Below, piece by piece: positions 10,989 through 21,343 of a stretch of DNA of 64,000 bases. This DNA comes from Paramoeba atlantica (taxonomy: Eukaryota > Protista > Discosea): positions 62,001 to 126,000 of the forward strand of contig CDRNVI010000020.1 of NCBI GenBank assembly GCA_977017575.1, written 5' to 3'. Both the position numbers and the translations under genes were made by a program. The notes below the pieces were generated by a model. The model saw nothing but the letters and a program-made list of their open reading frames with translations. It did no database searches and had not been told where the DNA came from. The stretch's first letter is position 1, and each line of letters opens with the position of its first letter.

Positions 10989-11125
10989 ATTTAAATAATA
11001 TAGTGTTATTTAAATAATATAGTGTTATTTAAATAATATAGTGTTATTTAAATAATATAGTGTTATTTAAATAATATAGTGTTATTTAAATAATATAGTG
11101 TTATTTAAATATTATAGCGTTATTA
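10989..11125. repeat. Tandem 19-bp repeat (TATTTAAATAATATAGTGT) x about 6-7
   Basis: Read directly from the sequence. Subterminal array of the 9706-11147 MITE. Confidence 0.95.
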
Positions 11126-11968
11126 AATAACATACCGTTCCCCGGGTTAAAAAAATTTCATGGGGGAAAAGTTAAAAGCCCATGGGACATTGTAGACAAG
11201 CTAAGAGAAACATAAAATATAGAATGTGCATCACGAGGTATTACAACACTCAAGAAAAAGAAATTACGCTCAATGTCGATAGCATAGTGTACTTCAATAA
11301 TTTGAGGATTTTCGAGAGAACTATAAATTGATCGAACTTTGAATCATTTATTCACCCCCCTTACTTCACCACAAAGTACGGGTCTTGGGCCAAAAAGTGG
11401 GGGCTAAGAGGGGTGAAACCTGCTCGATTCTAGCGTGTTCGCCCGTGTTCGCCCAACTGACGTTTCTGCAGGTTTTACCCCTCTAAGTAAGGGGGGGGGG
11501 GTAACGGTATCCTAGATGGATAGCCCTGACTATTATCAAAGGTACACAAACGATATTCAAAATGTTTCGCCAATTCTGTGTACTTCAGCGGATCTTGGAC
11601 ATTCGGAGATCGCTTCGCACCAGGGCGCACGTGATGAATAAGAGTTCCCCCTGATGCATTACCAAAGGCAGTCTGCAAAGGAGCAGCAGGAATTTTGTCT
11701 TCCAAATTTCGGATGGTCTGCGATCTACGTTGACGAGCCTGAGATGGTGATTCCTGTGAAATATTTCCGTTATCGGTGGGGGTTTCTATACCTCTTCTAG
11801 AAGACTTACGCGTCGTCCTCTTTTCCTCCTTGCTTTGGGTCATGGGGTAAGATTTGAAAGACAAAGAGGGTCTATAGAATATTGGTCAATGATCATGAAT
11901 TTTTAGAAAGACATGCATGTCAGTAATATGAACGCGATATTGATTGCTGTCATATAAATTTGATACTA

Positions 11969-12275
11969 CCGTATACCCCCCCCCCCCAGTAAGATATCCC
12001 CCAGTGAGAGAGATTTGGCCCTTTTTGGGCTGACCCCCAGTAAGAGAGATTTGGCTCGGGATCCCCACAGGAGACGTATAGGGTAGGGGGTGGGTGTCTG
12101 CATGTTGGGTGACTCGGGGGTAACCCAAAGAAGCGTTTTAACACGTTTTCAAGAAGAAAAAATAGTCAAAAAAATTGGGAGAAAAGAGGAACTTGGCCAA
12201 AAAAGCATACCCCCCCAGTAAGAGAGATTTGGCCATTTCGACCCAAAACCCATTCTCTTACCGGGGGGTATACGG
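11969..12275. mobile_element. MITE with CCGTATACCCCCC..GTAAGA TIRs and internal CCCCAGTAAGAGAGATTTGGC repeats
   Basis: Inverted ends, TA on the left and GA on the right, with three copies of the internal motif. Confidence 0.7.
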
Positions 12276-12904
12276 GAGTAGGTTACATGGGTGACAGTAC
12301 TCTCAAATACCGCATCATTACATATAATTTTCCGAAACAGATGTCTTAACCCCTCAGCTGCGGGGGGTTTGCGTCCTCAAGTTTGCGTCATCCTCTCTCA
12401 TTAGTAAAAAATGTAGTGACCTGTAGTGAGGTCACTACAGGTCACCTGCAGGGTATGTACTATCTACCGAGGCCTCGGAGGGTCAAATGTAAACCGCGGT
12501 TTCGCGCCGCTTCGGCACGGTTTCGCACGGCACCACCCGCAGCCCCTCATACGTTTTCGAGAAGTGTTGTTCAATATTTTGCATCTTTTATGTTGCTGAT
12601 CTGCCCCCAATACGCAGCATGGTTCTCTCATTCCCAATTACATCTTTAGTCATCTTCCATGCCTCCTTCGGACGCCGCTTGAAAAATTTCGGTCACTAAG
12701 CTCCACTGGACCGTCAATGAACATGGAATACGTTGAGAGTCCGAGAGGCTCGAAAGTTTTCACAGATGCAGACTGCGAGCGTTCCAGGGCTACAGTGAAG
12801 GGATCGACGTCACTTTTGTACGCGGAATGGCGAGGGCCCGCGTGAGGTTCTTTTGTACCTTGTTGTCACCTTTACATGAAAAGTAGTGACAGATAACTAG
12901 CCTA

Positions 12905-12947
12905 GTAAATACTATACCCCCCTAGTCTAGGGGGTTACAGTATTTAC
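12905..12947. repeat. 43-bp near-perfect palindrome (collapsed MITE, CTGTAACCCCCTAG ends between TA)
   Basis: 21-bp arms with 2 mismatches around a 1-nt loop. Confidence 0.8.
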
Positions 12948-13052
12948 CAATTGTGGGTAAGTTTGCCGAATGTCGGTGTATCCCCTTCATGTGTGTACAT
13001 AGTACGTGTTGTATAGGACCTTTTGCTTCAAGAATATTTCATTACGCAATCT

Positions 13053-14129
13053 ATGTCAATCACCTCGAGATATGCTTGTTTAGGTGCTGCTTGTGTGTTC
13101 AGTGTTGTATATTACAAATCACGGAAAAAGCAAAATGACACTTTTACCGAGAACGGTTTGCAAGTTGAACGGGAAAGTCGTAGCTTGGTACCGAGTGAGC
13201 AAACACAAACAACATCTATTATGGGAACCCCGTGCATGACTTCCCAAGCCGACTCTATTATATGTGTTTTAGATTCCCTAGAACCGGAAATACCGAATTG
13301 GGATCGGGCAATCTTAAAATGTCGCAGGAAAGAACCAATGGTAAAACGTAATGATGTCGTCTATTCCGGAAGAGAGCTTTCAGACGCTTCGGAAATTTCC
13401 TTTATTGATGAGAAAGGACGTTCGAGCCGATTTATACCAGTTAATTACCGGCCTACGTTCAAAGATAAGAGTGCACTTCCGATTAGCACTCCAGAAGAGA
13501 AATTCCGAGGACAAGATATTGGCGAGACACTGCTATGGGAATGGGCTGGCTTGATATCTAGCGAAGTTCCGCACGCTAGTCTAGGTGAACCTTCCAATTC
13601 TAAGTTTTCAATAGCACGTATCAAGCATTTTCCACGTGAATTGATCTTTTCAAAGACGTCAACTCTATCCTTTTTTGAATCCCCCATTAAAGGTGCCTTC
13701 AATTCTTCAAAGCATGTGTGCTTCGCAACGAAGTCAGGCATTGGTACATTTCTCGGGGCACTAAATAATTTTCGAAGTGGAGGAATCCCATTGCGGACGC
13801 AAACGCAGTTAGTCGTGCTAGCGCAGTCGTTAAATGAGATACCATTTTTTCAAGACCTCCTCGACATATCCCAATCTGACAAATCGGTGGATGTGTACTT
13901 TTCTGTCACTAAAGCCCCATGGAAGTGGCCAGCAGGCTTCAGTCCTTTACGTCATTCCGATCTTCGCTTGTTACTGCCACACGATTTCGATAGCTCAGTT
14001 TTCATGTCCGTATTTGGTGACAGTAATTTTGCGGAAAGCCTACTGGAATCTGAAGGACTGATACATCAAGCCTTAGGGGAAGCAGCGTTTAATACACTTA
14101 AGGACAGAATCTGTGTCGTTAGGTCATAA
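13053..14129 (+). CDS. Membrane-anchored FNR/cytochrome-b5-reductase-like protein (divergent)
   Basis: N-terminal hydrophobic anchor followed by a basic patch. C-terminal CFATKSGIGTFLGAL...LVVLAQSLNEIPF...VYFSVT resembles the NAD(P)-binding domain (xIAGGTGITP consensus). Confidence 0.5.
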   Translation: MSITSRYACLGAACVFSVVYYKSRKKQNDTFTENGLQVERESRSLVPSEQTQTTSIMGTPCMTSQADSIICVLDSLEPEIPNWDRAILKCRRKEPMVKRNDVVYSGRELSDASEISFIDEKGRSSRFIPVNYRPTFKDKSALPISTPEEKFRGQDIGETLLWEWAGLISSEVPHASLGEPSNSKFSIARIKHFPRELIFSKTSTLSFFESPIKGAFNSSKHVCFATKSGIGTFLGALNNFRSGGIPLRTQTQLVVLAQSLNEIPFFQDLLDISQSDKSVDVYFSVTKAPWKWPAGFSPLRHSDLRLLLPHDFDSSVFMSVFGDSNFAESLLESEGLIHQALGEAAFNTLKDRICVVRS

Positions 14130-14676
14130 TATGCCCTGTGACATATCAACTTGTTTAGCATTCTGTTTTTTGACGATAAGAAAAGTTGTTTTCTTGCACG
14201 AGTGTTTTCTATGGCGCACGAGTGGCCGCAGGCCACGATCCAGATATTCTTCCACCTTTACTCCTAGCTCCTCTGTGATAACGAGCGCTGGTGGGGCGAA
14301 AGGAATTTTGCGATGCAACAATGACTTCATATACGTCTTCATCGATCGCAGATGTGACCTTCATACGTGAAATAAACTATTCGTTGATCTCAACATGGCT
14401 CATTATAAATAGAATGATAATTTAAAAATGTTTATGACTGCATTATGGGGTGTATAGTAATTGTACATTTTATTTGTGCAATGCGTACGCCGTTCGTGCA
14501 TTCGCAGTAAGGGGTCTAGGTATGGCGTAAAAGAACATTCACAAGGCGCAAAAAGTTCAAAAGACCTACACTTTAAGCCACATAGCACGTGTTCATTCCA
14601 TTTTTTGGTCTAAAATAGACCTCGTTCGACCTCAAATACAAGCACGGGTTTGGTGATGCACAACTGCAGGCCCTCA
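14125..14676 (-). mobile_element. Right-end remnant of the PIF/Harbinger-ISL2EU-like element, with a decayed ORF-A
   Basis: Colinear with about 38460-38935 (shared TAAAATAGACCTCGTTCGACCTCAAAT; FAPPALVITEELGVKVEE). Degenerate TIR ending CCCTCA at 14676. Confidence 0.85.
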
Positions 14677-14811
14677 GCTGTAGACAAAATAAGAAACTTC
14701 GAAAAATTAACTTGGATAATAGTGGCCATAAATGTATCAAAAAATCGGAAAAAAATATTTTTTTTCAAGTACTTTCTTAAAATAAATGCCGAAATAAATG
14801 CCCAAAATAAG

Positions 14812-14870
14812 TGAGGGGCTGCGGGTTAGATTTGTGAAACAGCGCGAAACAGCGGTTTGTTTTTTGGTCT
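14812..14870. mobile_element. Solo left TIR of the same element family
   Basis: Exact TGAGGGGCTGCGGGT at 14812-14826. Confidence 0.75.
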
Positions 14871-15035
14871 TTTAAAGCCGGTTGAAGGTCTAAAATTCAA
14901 TATTCAGGTTCATTTTTTGAAATTTGATAATGCAGTTCGTACCCCTATATGCTGAGGAACCGCATGTATGAGATTGATGACCTCTATTAAAGATTTTCTT
15001 GACACTTCCCTGTTCATTTCTATTTTAATCCCGCT

Positions 15036-15299
15036 TTACTCCCATGCTGTTCGACACGGTGGAACCGAACACGGAGGCTTCTTGTAAGACAGGCGGGTCG
15101 TCACTGCTAGCTTGGTGGACTCGAGAAACTGAATCGCGTTGAATGCCGTCGGGGTAGTGCTGTTTCTTTCGCAGAACGTACAAATGCGTTCCCACAGTCG
15201 TTCATGCGTAGTCCACTTCCCTTGTGCCCACATCGGGTATATCGCCTGATGGACATCGGCTATCCCTGCGCTGTCGGGTTTATTCCCAGCGTTCTGCAT
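15036..15299 (-). pseudogene. Possible fragment of a tyrosine-recombinase N-terminal (SAM-like) domain, VIPER/TATE/DIRS-like
   Basis: WAQGKWTTHERLWERICTFC...NAIQFLESTKLAVTTRLSY resembles YR N-terminal helices. No catalytic RHR motifs present. Confidence 0.4.
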
Positions 15300-15876
15300 G
15301 TCAATTCTGTTACCCGAACCTTCTCCCGAGAAGTCGAATCGTCCGGTATGTTTCCAGTGTCTAGATCGCCTTTTCAGAGACAGGTTCAGTGGGGTCTTGA
15401 GGGTTAGGGCTATCCTGTCGCCCCATCGACAATGTCCGGCGCACAGTATTCAGAATACTGATCATTTACACTTTAACGTTTTTGTAGTTACAGGTGTGTT
15501 GTCTTAAAGAAGGAAGAAGGAAGAAGGTTTTAAAGAAGGTCTTCTTTAAAGAAAATACTTAGTAACTGACCTGTTCCGGTTCTCGGATTTTTGCTTGTTT
15601 GCTCGTTGTGACCTCGATTATTGACATTGCGGAGAAAAATGTAGTAAATCGGCTACGCAACCTCCGGTTCGGAGCTGGGATACCACCTAACTGAACATTA
15701 GATACTGATTTTAATCGACTTAAGAAAAAAAACATCAGAGGAACGAAGCTAGGGCGCTCTACGAAGTTATTTTCAGGCGTAGACTGATTTCTAAAAAAAT
15801 TATTCTTTGATACATTTACATCTTTGACCCAAAAACTTTTTTTCTTTTTTTATTTCGTCCTTACCAGCACATATTA

Positions 15877-16075
15877 CGACGACCCCCTTTATACTTCAAT
15901 GGTCAGACCCCCCCCCGTTATGCTTCGTTTTTCTCGTGTGCCCCCCTCCCCGAGGGGGGCGATTTTTTTCCGTAAATCTTCCAATCAGCTTTCGAACACA
16001 TTTTTGGCGATATTTTACCCCCTTTTATACTTTGTTTATGCTCAAAATGGGCGAAGTATAAAGGGGGCGTCACAG
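15877..16075. mobile_element. MITE of the CTGTGAC-CCCCCTTTATACTTCGC family (TA TSD)
   Basis: Inverted ends flanked by TA. The interior matches 46173-46488 (CTCAAAATGGGCGAAGTATAAAGGGGG..TCACAG). Confidence 0.85.
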
Positions 16076-16257
16076 TAAGTAGGTTCTTTTTGCTAACTAC
16101 ATATATAGGATTTCAATTGATTTAGACAGAAGCTCGGAACCGTACTGCAAATATTCGTCAACTATGATTGTGCAGAATGTCACAAATTTCTTCTTCAAAT
16201 TTTTCAGCACCTGTAATTCTGAATATTATCTAATTAATCTTTTACCCACGACACGCA

Positions 16258-19014
16258 ATGGGCGATGAGATCAGTGAAGACGTCACATCTGTGAAGAAGC
16301 ACAAAACCTGTAAAGAAATATTTAAAAAGAAAGCTCCGGACGGTTCGGAGCATGTACGCGCGTCTTATACAGAAAATTGTAACCGACTTATTGAGACAAT
16401 CTTGATGAAGCGTGAAATATCCGAAAAATTGAGCACTGGATTTGATTTTACACTTCGAAAGATTCGTGAGAAATTAGTCCACTTACAAGCACTTATGCGA
16501 AACGACAACCATTCCATTGATAAACAAGCCTTCTCAAGTGAGTCTCAACCTTCTGAGCACGCATCATCCTCTTTGGCTGTCACGAATGAAATTCAAACAA
16601 AATATCTTACTTTGCAAATAGAATCTTACAAGGATACAATAGATAATTTAGAGCAATCGCATGCTTTACAAATAAAAGCAGCGGAAAAAGCTTTGCTGAA
16701 GTCATTTCACGAAAGAAGGAACATGCGGATGGCACTTCTTTCAAGTGAAATTGAGAAACACAAGCTTGTTTTGCTAGCGCGGAAGCTAGAAGGTCTGAAT
16801 AAAACATTCTCCTCAGAGATTGCTGTACTTCGTTCAAAAAAGCACCCAACATTGCAGAACACGGGTACCGGATTACCGCTTGAGTTCGAAATTAAACATC
16901 TTCGCAGAGAACTAGCTCTTGCCGTAAACCTCCTTGAGCATCAAACAAAATTTTCACTATCTCTACGAGCAATTGTAGGGAAAAATTCATGCAATCAATG
17001 TGCAACCGCACACGCAGAATCGAACGTAAAAACCTTGGGGAGTGACAGCGAAAACCCAAGGCTCCTTACTCTCGAGCATGAACTAGCGGTTACCAAAGAG
17101 CGCTTAGCTACTCTTGCGAATCAAAATTCAGATCTTAAAAGTATGCACGGGGAAGGCTTCTTGTTGCACCTAGATCACCTTCGTGAGAGTCACTCAAATC
17201 ATGATGCAGAACTCGACAAAGTATTGCGCCAAACATACGCAGTTAAGGAGGCGTATATTGTGGCCCTGGAAACGCTTAAAAACCGTTCTAAATCCTTTAT
17301 TGCATCTCAAACCGTATCAAACACGACCACAACTACGAGCGTCTCATCTAACACCTTGGAATCGAATACTCTTGATTCAATGTCGCGTGATTTCGTGGGC
17401 TATATCGACAGATTTCGCAGAATTTTCCGAGAACAAGAGCAGTTAAGCAGCGGAAGCCTACAGATTAATATGGATATGGCAAGAAGTGTAGAGAATTTTT
17501 CGGAATCTTTTTCACGTAAAATTGATGATTATATCCATAACAATTCAATTTGCTGTCTTGACTCCATAGAAAAGTTACTGAAAGGCTTTTGCGAATGGAA
17601 TTCAGAGGCCCGTAAGCAAGAGTTAACGAAAACAATGATGTCTCGCCTTGAGGCAATCGAAAAATCGTGGACCGAGTCGATGCCTTTGTTCGGGCTTCTT
17701 GTAGAAGAAATGCTCAGGGATCGCACTGACATTCTCGAAAAACACAGGTTTCTCACCTCAGAAAACGAATCTCTTCGAGTGCAACTGCACGATCTTCATC
17801 AAAAGCTCGAGAACACGCAACTTTCTCTCGAACAGTGCTGCGTTGCCGTTCCCGAATCTCACCTCGCGCTTGAACCTCATGGTTCAAGGTCTGAATCCCA
17901 CTCATCCCTAATTTCCACAATTCCTGATCAAGTTCCGTCTCCTCTGGGTACTCCGAAAGATATCCCGGAACTCGAAAGCCTCATTCAAGACATGTCCAGA
18001 GTACTCCGTGCACGGGCCACGCAGCACAACGATCTCACCTCCTCCTTGCTTGAAGCCCTGCAACTCTCCACCTCTTTTATCCGCCATGTCTGTCATGCGT
18101 CACTGTTCCCCCCTTTACCCCATCCCACCCATCACATGGAGAAAACACAAACCGGTGACGAAGAAGAAGAAGGACAAGAATACAAGAAAAAGAAACCATA
18201 TTCTCCTGTGAGTGACACGGAAGAGCAAAACACAACAGAGGCCGTTCACCGTTTGCAGGACAGCCTCGAACGCTTTCTTCATCTTATTCAACACATGACA
18301 CTACAAAGTAAAGCCCTCATGGCTAAGATGGAATCCCAACGTGACACCGATGGGGGGGAAGAACTTTACAAGTCGCTGTGTTCCATGGCGTGTGCCACAA
18401 CGCGGCAGATGAGACAGCTGGAGGAACGCGCGGGGGGGTACGGGAGGGGGGAGAGGGCTCGCTCACAGAGGGGAGGACCCGGGGCCTGTCCTCATGAGAA
18501 CCAAATCGATGGGGAAGAAAACATGGACAGGGGGAAGGGCGTAGAGCTGGAAACACAAAGATGGGGTTTATTCACGGTGGATCAGAAGCCTAAGGAGTTG
18601 AGGAATACGGAGGTGTCCGTGTTGGTGGGGATGAAACCCAGAGATGAAGGTGAAAACAAAAAGAGAAGGAAAAGAAGTGGGGAGATGGAGGCAAAGGGGA
18701 GCGAAGAAGAAGAGGAGGAGGAGGAGGAGGAGGGGTCGTTTAAGCCTGCAAGCCCCTTACCGAAATCAGATTCTCCTTCTTGCGATTGGAAAACGCTGTA
18801 TGAAGGGTCGGTGGAGAAAGTAAAACAGCTTTTGCAGTATGTAAGGGAGAAGGAGGAGAGACAGGAGGAGAGGAGGGAACACAGAGAGAAGGAGAACCAG
18901 GGGTTGCGTAGTGAACTCGACGCGTGTGAGGCGCGGTGTTTAAAGGTACGGCTGGAGAATCTGGAGCTGATGAAATTGGTGGAGGGGATAAAGGCTCAAG
19001 GAAAGGAGAGTTAG
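16258..19014 (+). CDS. 918-aa predicted coiled-coil protein, function unknown
   Basis: Long ORF rich in L/E/K/Q heptad-like runs, with an acidic poly-E tract near the C-terminus. Confidence 0.75.
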   Translation: MGDEISEDVTSVKKHKTCKEIFKKKAPDGSEHVRASYTENCNRLIETILMKREISEKLSTGFDFTLRKIREKLVHLQALMRNDNHSIDKQAFSSESQPSEHASSSLAVTNEIQTKYLTLQIESYKDTIDNLEQSHALQIKAAEKALLKSFHERRNMRMALLSSEIEKHKLVLLARKLEGLNKTFSSEIAVLRSKKHPTLQNTGTGLPLEFEIKHLRRELALAVNLLEHQTKFSLSLRAIVGKNSCNQCATAHAESNVKTLGSDSENPRLLTLEHELAVTKERLATLANQNSDLKSMHGEGFLLHLDHLRESHSNHDAELDKVLRQTYAVKEAYIVALETLKNRSKSFIASQTVSNTTTTTSVSSNTLESNTLDSMSRDFVGYIDRFRRIFREQEQLSSGSLQINMDMARSVENFSESFSRKIDDYIHNNSICCLDSIEKLLKGFCEWNSEARKQELTKTMMSRLEAIEKSWTESMPLFGLLVEEMLRDRTDILEKHRFLTSENESLRVQLHDLHQKLENTQLSLEQCCVAVPESHLALEPHGSRSESHSSLISTIPDQVPSPLGTPKDIPELESLIQDMSRVLRARATQHNDLTSSLLEALQLSTSFIRHVCHASLFPPLPHPTHHMEKTQTGDEEEEGQEYKKKKPYSPVSDTEEQNTTEAVHRLQDSLERFLHLIQHMTLQSKALMAKMESQRDTDGGEELYKSLCSMACATTRQMRQLEERAGGYGRGERARSQRGGPGACPHENQIDGEENMDRGKGVELETQRWGLFTVDQKPKELRNTEVSVLVGMKPRDEGENKKRRKRSGEMEAKGSEEEEEEEEEEGSFKPASPLPKSDSPSCDWKTLYEGSVEKVKQLLQYVREKEERQEERREHREKENQGLRSELDACEARCLKVRLENLELMKLVEGIKAQGKES

Positions 19015-19523
19015 CAAAACCGGGGTAGGGGTTGTAAATATCGCGTTGTGGGTTTCGTAGTGTGGGTTTCGTTACTCGTTTTTATGAGTTTCGTGCCAAG
19101 GGGGAAGTGATCCCGGGATGCGGGGAAGGTTTTGACAAGGGCTTGGGAGAGCAAGCGACGGGGGAGAAGGAAGGATTGGTAACGGTCGAGATCAGAGTCT
19201 TCCTCCGGGGGTCTTATTGTGGTAGTGGGAGTGCAGTAGCGTGGGGGAGGGGTTGGAGGGAGGACAAAAGGGCAGGATGGGTTTGTTTTCGGGGAAGTGG
19301 GGGTAGTGGGTTAGTTGCGACAGGGTACGCAGTTACAATGTCATTACAAAGGTCAAGAATGGAATCCCCGTTGTCGTTACTCTCCTTTGAATTCGCAATT
19401 CATATTGACAAACCACGTGAAAAAAGCCATTCCAAATATTTTTTTTGAATGTAAAAACAAAAAAAGTTCACACAAACTCTATCCTTTTCTTCTCTCCCCT
19501 TTCTACGCGTCCCTGACCTCCCC

Positions 19524-20189
19524 ATGCTCCGCCCCACCCCTCCCCGCGCCCTCTACTCCCGCTACCCCACCTCCTCCTCCACCTACCCCTACCCCGAGCC
19601 CTTCACCCACACCCCCTACGCCACCCCCTACACCCCCACCACCCCCCCCACCTGGCCCCCCTGGATGGACAAAGGGGTGGACGGCACCGGCCACGGCATC
19701 GGGCTCTACCGCAGCCACCCCCTAAGCAAGACCCTCCGCGGGAACCTCTCCCGGTCCCGGGACCACATCCCGGGGTACATCCGCAAGATGGTCCAGGGCG
19801 TCGCCCACCCCTCCGGGAACAAGTACATCCGGGCCGGGAAGCGCGTCCCCGACCCGCGGCGGTTCCCCTTCGTCACCGGGCGCCCCAGCGCGCTGACCCG
19901 GTGGGTGGGGGTGGAGCCCGAGGTGGTGCGCCGGTTCGAGCGGATGGCCCCAGCAGCCCGCAGCGGGGGGCGACCCCCCGAGGGGTGGTACAAACCCTAT
20001 GTGGCGTTGCAGGAGATGGGGATGGTGGGGGAGAGGGGGGGAGGGGGGAAGGAGGGGGAGGAAAAGGAGGAGGTAAAGGGGAAGGAAAAATCCTCCGTGC
20101 TTTCGTTTGCGAGTGGGTTGTTTCAACGGACCTCGGTGGAGACGGGGGGGAGTAAACCGTTAAGGAAACGGTTGTTTTTTAGTAGGTAG
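19524..20189 (+). CDS. 221-aa hypothetical protein, possibly mitochondrial
   Basis: A basic, Pro/Thr-rich N-terminus is followed by a globular-looking segment (GTGHGIGLYRSHPLSK...GNKYIRAGK). A pyrimidine tract lies upstream. Family not identified. Confidence 0.65.
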   Translation: MLRPTPPRALYSRYPTSSSTYPYPEPFTHTPYATPYTPTTPPTWPPWMDKGVDGTGHGIGLYRSHPLSKTLRGNLSRSRDHIPGYIRKMVQGVAHPSGNKYIRAGKRVPDPRRFPFVTGRPSALTRWVGVEPEVVRRFERMAPAARSGGRPPEGWYKPYVALQEMGMVGERGGGGKEGEEKEEVKGKEKSSVLSFASGLFQRTSVETGGSKPLRKRLFFSR

Positions 20190-20416
20190 TGCAGGGGGTG
20201 TACTGGATATAGGGTGGGACGAGGTTTCGTTTCGGTACCATGGGAAAGTTTGTAGGGTACCATGGGAAAGTGTCTGGGAAATGCTATCAGAACAGGACAC
20301 CGTAGTGTCCTGTTCATCGACTGTATTCTACCTGTTTATCCCTTAGCATGTTATCTACATCTTTCCCATAAGCATCACTCTCGCCCTTTTACACTCCTAC
20401 TCACTTCTATTTTTCC

Positions 20417-21343
20417 ATGTGGACTGCGGGGGCGAAACTTTTCTCCACAATTTGGGTCGCCGAGCAGCTTACTTTCTGTGCCTACCACCACAACTCGTAC
20501 GCCGCCCTCCCCGCCGCGCTGCGCTCCGATAAGCCCAACCTCATGCGAGACTGTTTTCTCACCTCACCCCAGCAGCTCTATCCCACCCCGCTGACTCTTC
20601 TCCAGTGTGTCAGCGTGTATGACTTGTTTTCACACTGTCTGGTTGGGGTGACCACAGCTCCTGTACTTGTCGCGCGGCTAGGCGTGGCTCATGTCACGGG
20701 GTTGTTTCTCTGTGCGGGATGGGTAGCCTCCGGGGCCTATCTCTGGGAGAGCGCCCGTGACAGCGCAAAAAATGCCACAAAGTTCGATGCCTCCTCGAGT
20801 TCCGGAGCCGCTCTGTGTGCGTTGTGTGTTGCGTGGTTGGGATCGGGGGGTAATGTGCAGAGAAAAGGAGAAAGTTCTTCGTTTTCGTTTTTTGTAAAAG
20901 AGTTAGCAGGGTGTAAAAGGATAGGAGAGGGGTTGAGTAGAATACGAGCCCGGGGAGCTCCATGGGTGCGCTCTCTTTTTATCACAAGAGGGGGGAGGGC
21001 GTCTGTGGTGGCGGCGACGTATCTCACCTATAAAGTGTTTGAGGAGTATTTCTGGACCCCTCGGGTGTATCGACAGCGCACTCACACAGCAACGGAGGAC
21101 AAAAGTCGTAAGGAGGGCAGATCGTTTTTTGATATACCCTCTGATTTCATGATGAATTATACCCCACAGGAGCGTGTGATAGATATGGATCCGTTTGAAA
21201 CCAAGTATCGCCAAGTGACACCCCAGCTACATGATTGGGGCGTTTCCGGGGGGATATTGGTAGGGATACTCTACAACACATTGATCATGGGACTGCGAAG
21301 AGACCGCGAGAAAATTAACCTCTTGTTTCGCAGTTTGACTTAG
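20417..21343 (+). CDS. 308-aa multi-pass membrane protein, possibly rhomboid-like (pseudoprotease)
   Basis: Several hydrophobic segments. LFSH...LG..V.GLFLCAG and SSSSGAALCAL loosely resemble rhomboid H and GxSG motifs. Confidence 0.5.
   Translation: MWTAGAKLFSTIWVAEQLTFCAYHHNSYAALPAALRSDKPNLMRDCFLTSPQQLYPTPLTLLQCVSVYDLFSHCLVGVTTAPVLVARLGVAHVTGLFLCAGWVASGAYLWESARDSAKNATKFDASSSSGAALCALCVAWLGSGGNVQRKGESSSFSFFVKELAGCKRIGEGLSRIRARGAPWVRSLFITRGGRASVVAATYLTYKVFEEYFWTPRVYRQRTHTATEDKSRKEGRSFFDIPSDFMMNYTPQERVIDMDPFETKYRQVTPQLHDWGVSGGILVGILYNTLIMGLRRDREKINLLFRSLT

Larger units (their letters stand above)
9706..11147. mobile_element. MITE with ACC(T/C)GGGGAACGGTAT TIRs, TA TSD and subterminal TATTTAAATAATATAG repeats
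   Basis: About 24-bp TIRs with 2 mismatches, TA on both flanks, and the same AT-rich unit inside both ends. Confidence 0.8.
9004..11507. mobile_element. Non-autonomous TIR element (CCGTTACCCCC.. ends, TA TSD)
   Basis: Left end TA|CCGTTACCCCCACCCCCTTACTT and right end AAGTAAGGGGGGGGGGGTAACGG|TA. Subterminal CCCCCCTTACTTCA copies lie at about 9033 and 11356. Confidence 0.8.
7536..12453. mobile_element. 4.9-kb TIR DNA transposon (TA target, Tc1/mariner-like ends) filled with nested insertions
   Basis: 32-bp TIRs at 7536-7567 and 12422-12453 (CCCTG[G/C]AGGTGACCTGTAGTGA[T/C]CTCACTACA, 2 mismatches), flanked by TA on both sides. No transposase recognised. Confidence 0.85.
6636..12549 (-). mobile_element. 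Non-autonomous derivative of the PIF/Harbinger-ISL2EU-like element, about 1 kb once the nested insertions are removed
   Basis: The right TIR ACCCGCAGCCCCTCA (12535-12549) is identical to that at 38921-38935. A degenerate left TIR lies at 6636-6650 (11/15). It carries an ORF-A homolog at 7091-7453 at a similar distance from the right end as in the 34.4-38.9 kb element. Confidence 0.6.

Noticed and set aside
11475-11864. Tyrosine-recombinase catalytic fragment (HHVRPGA)
   Set aside because: A single short motif in a low-complexity ORF that ends inside a TIR.
19315-20155. Pro-rich and Gly-rich overlapping ORFs (also 25844-26248, 42597-43080, 47096-47565)
   Set aside because: They are by-products of C/G-run composition or minisatellites in shadow frames of better-supported features.
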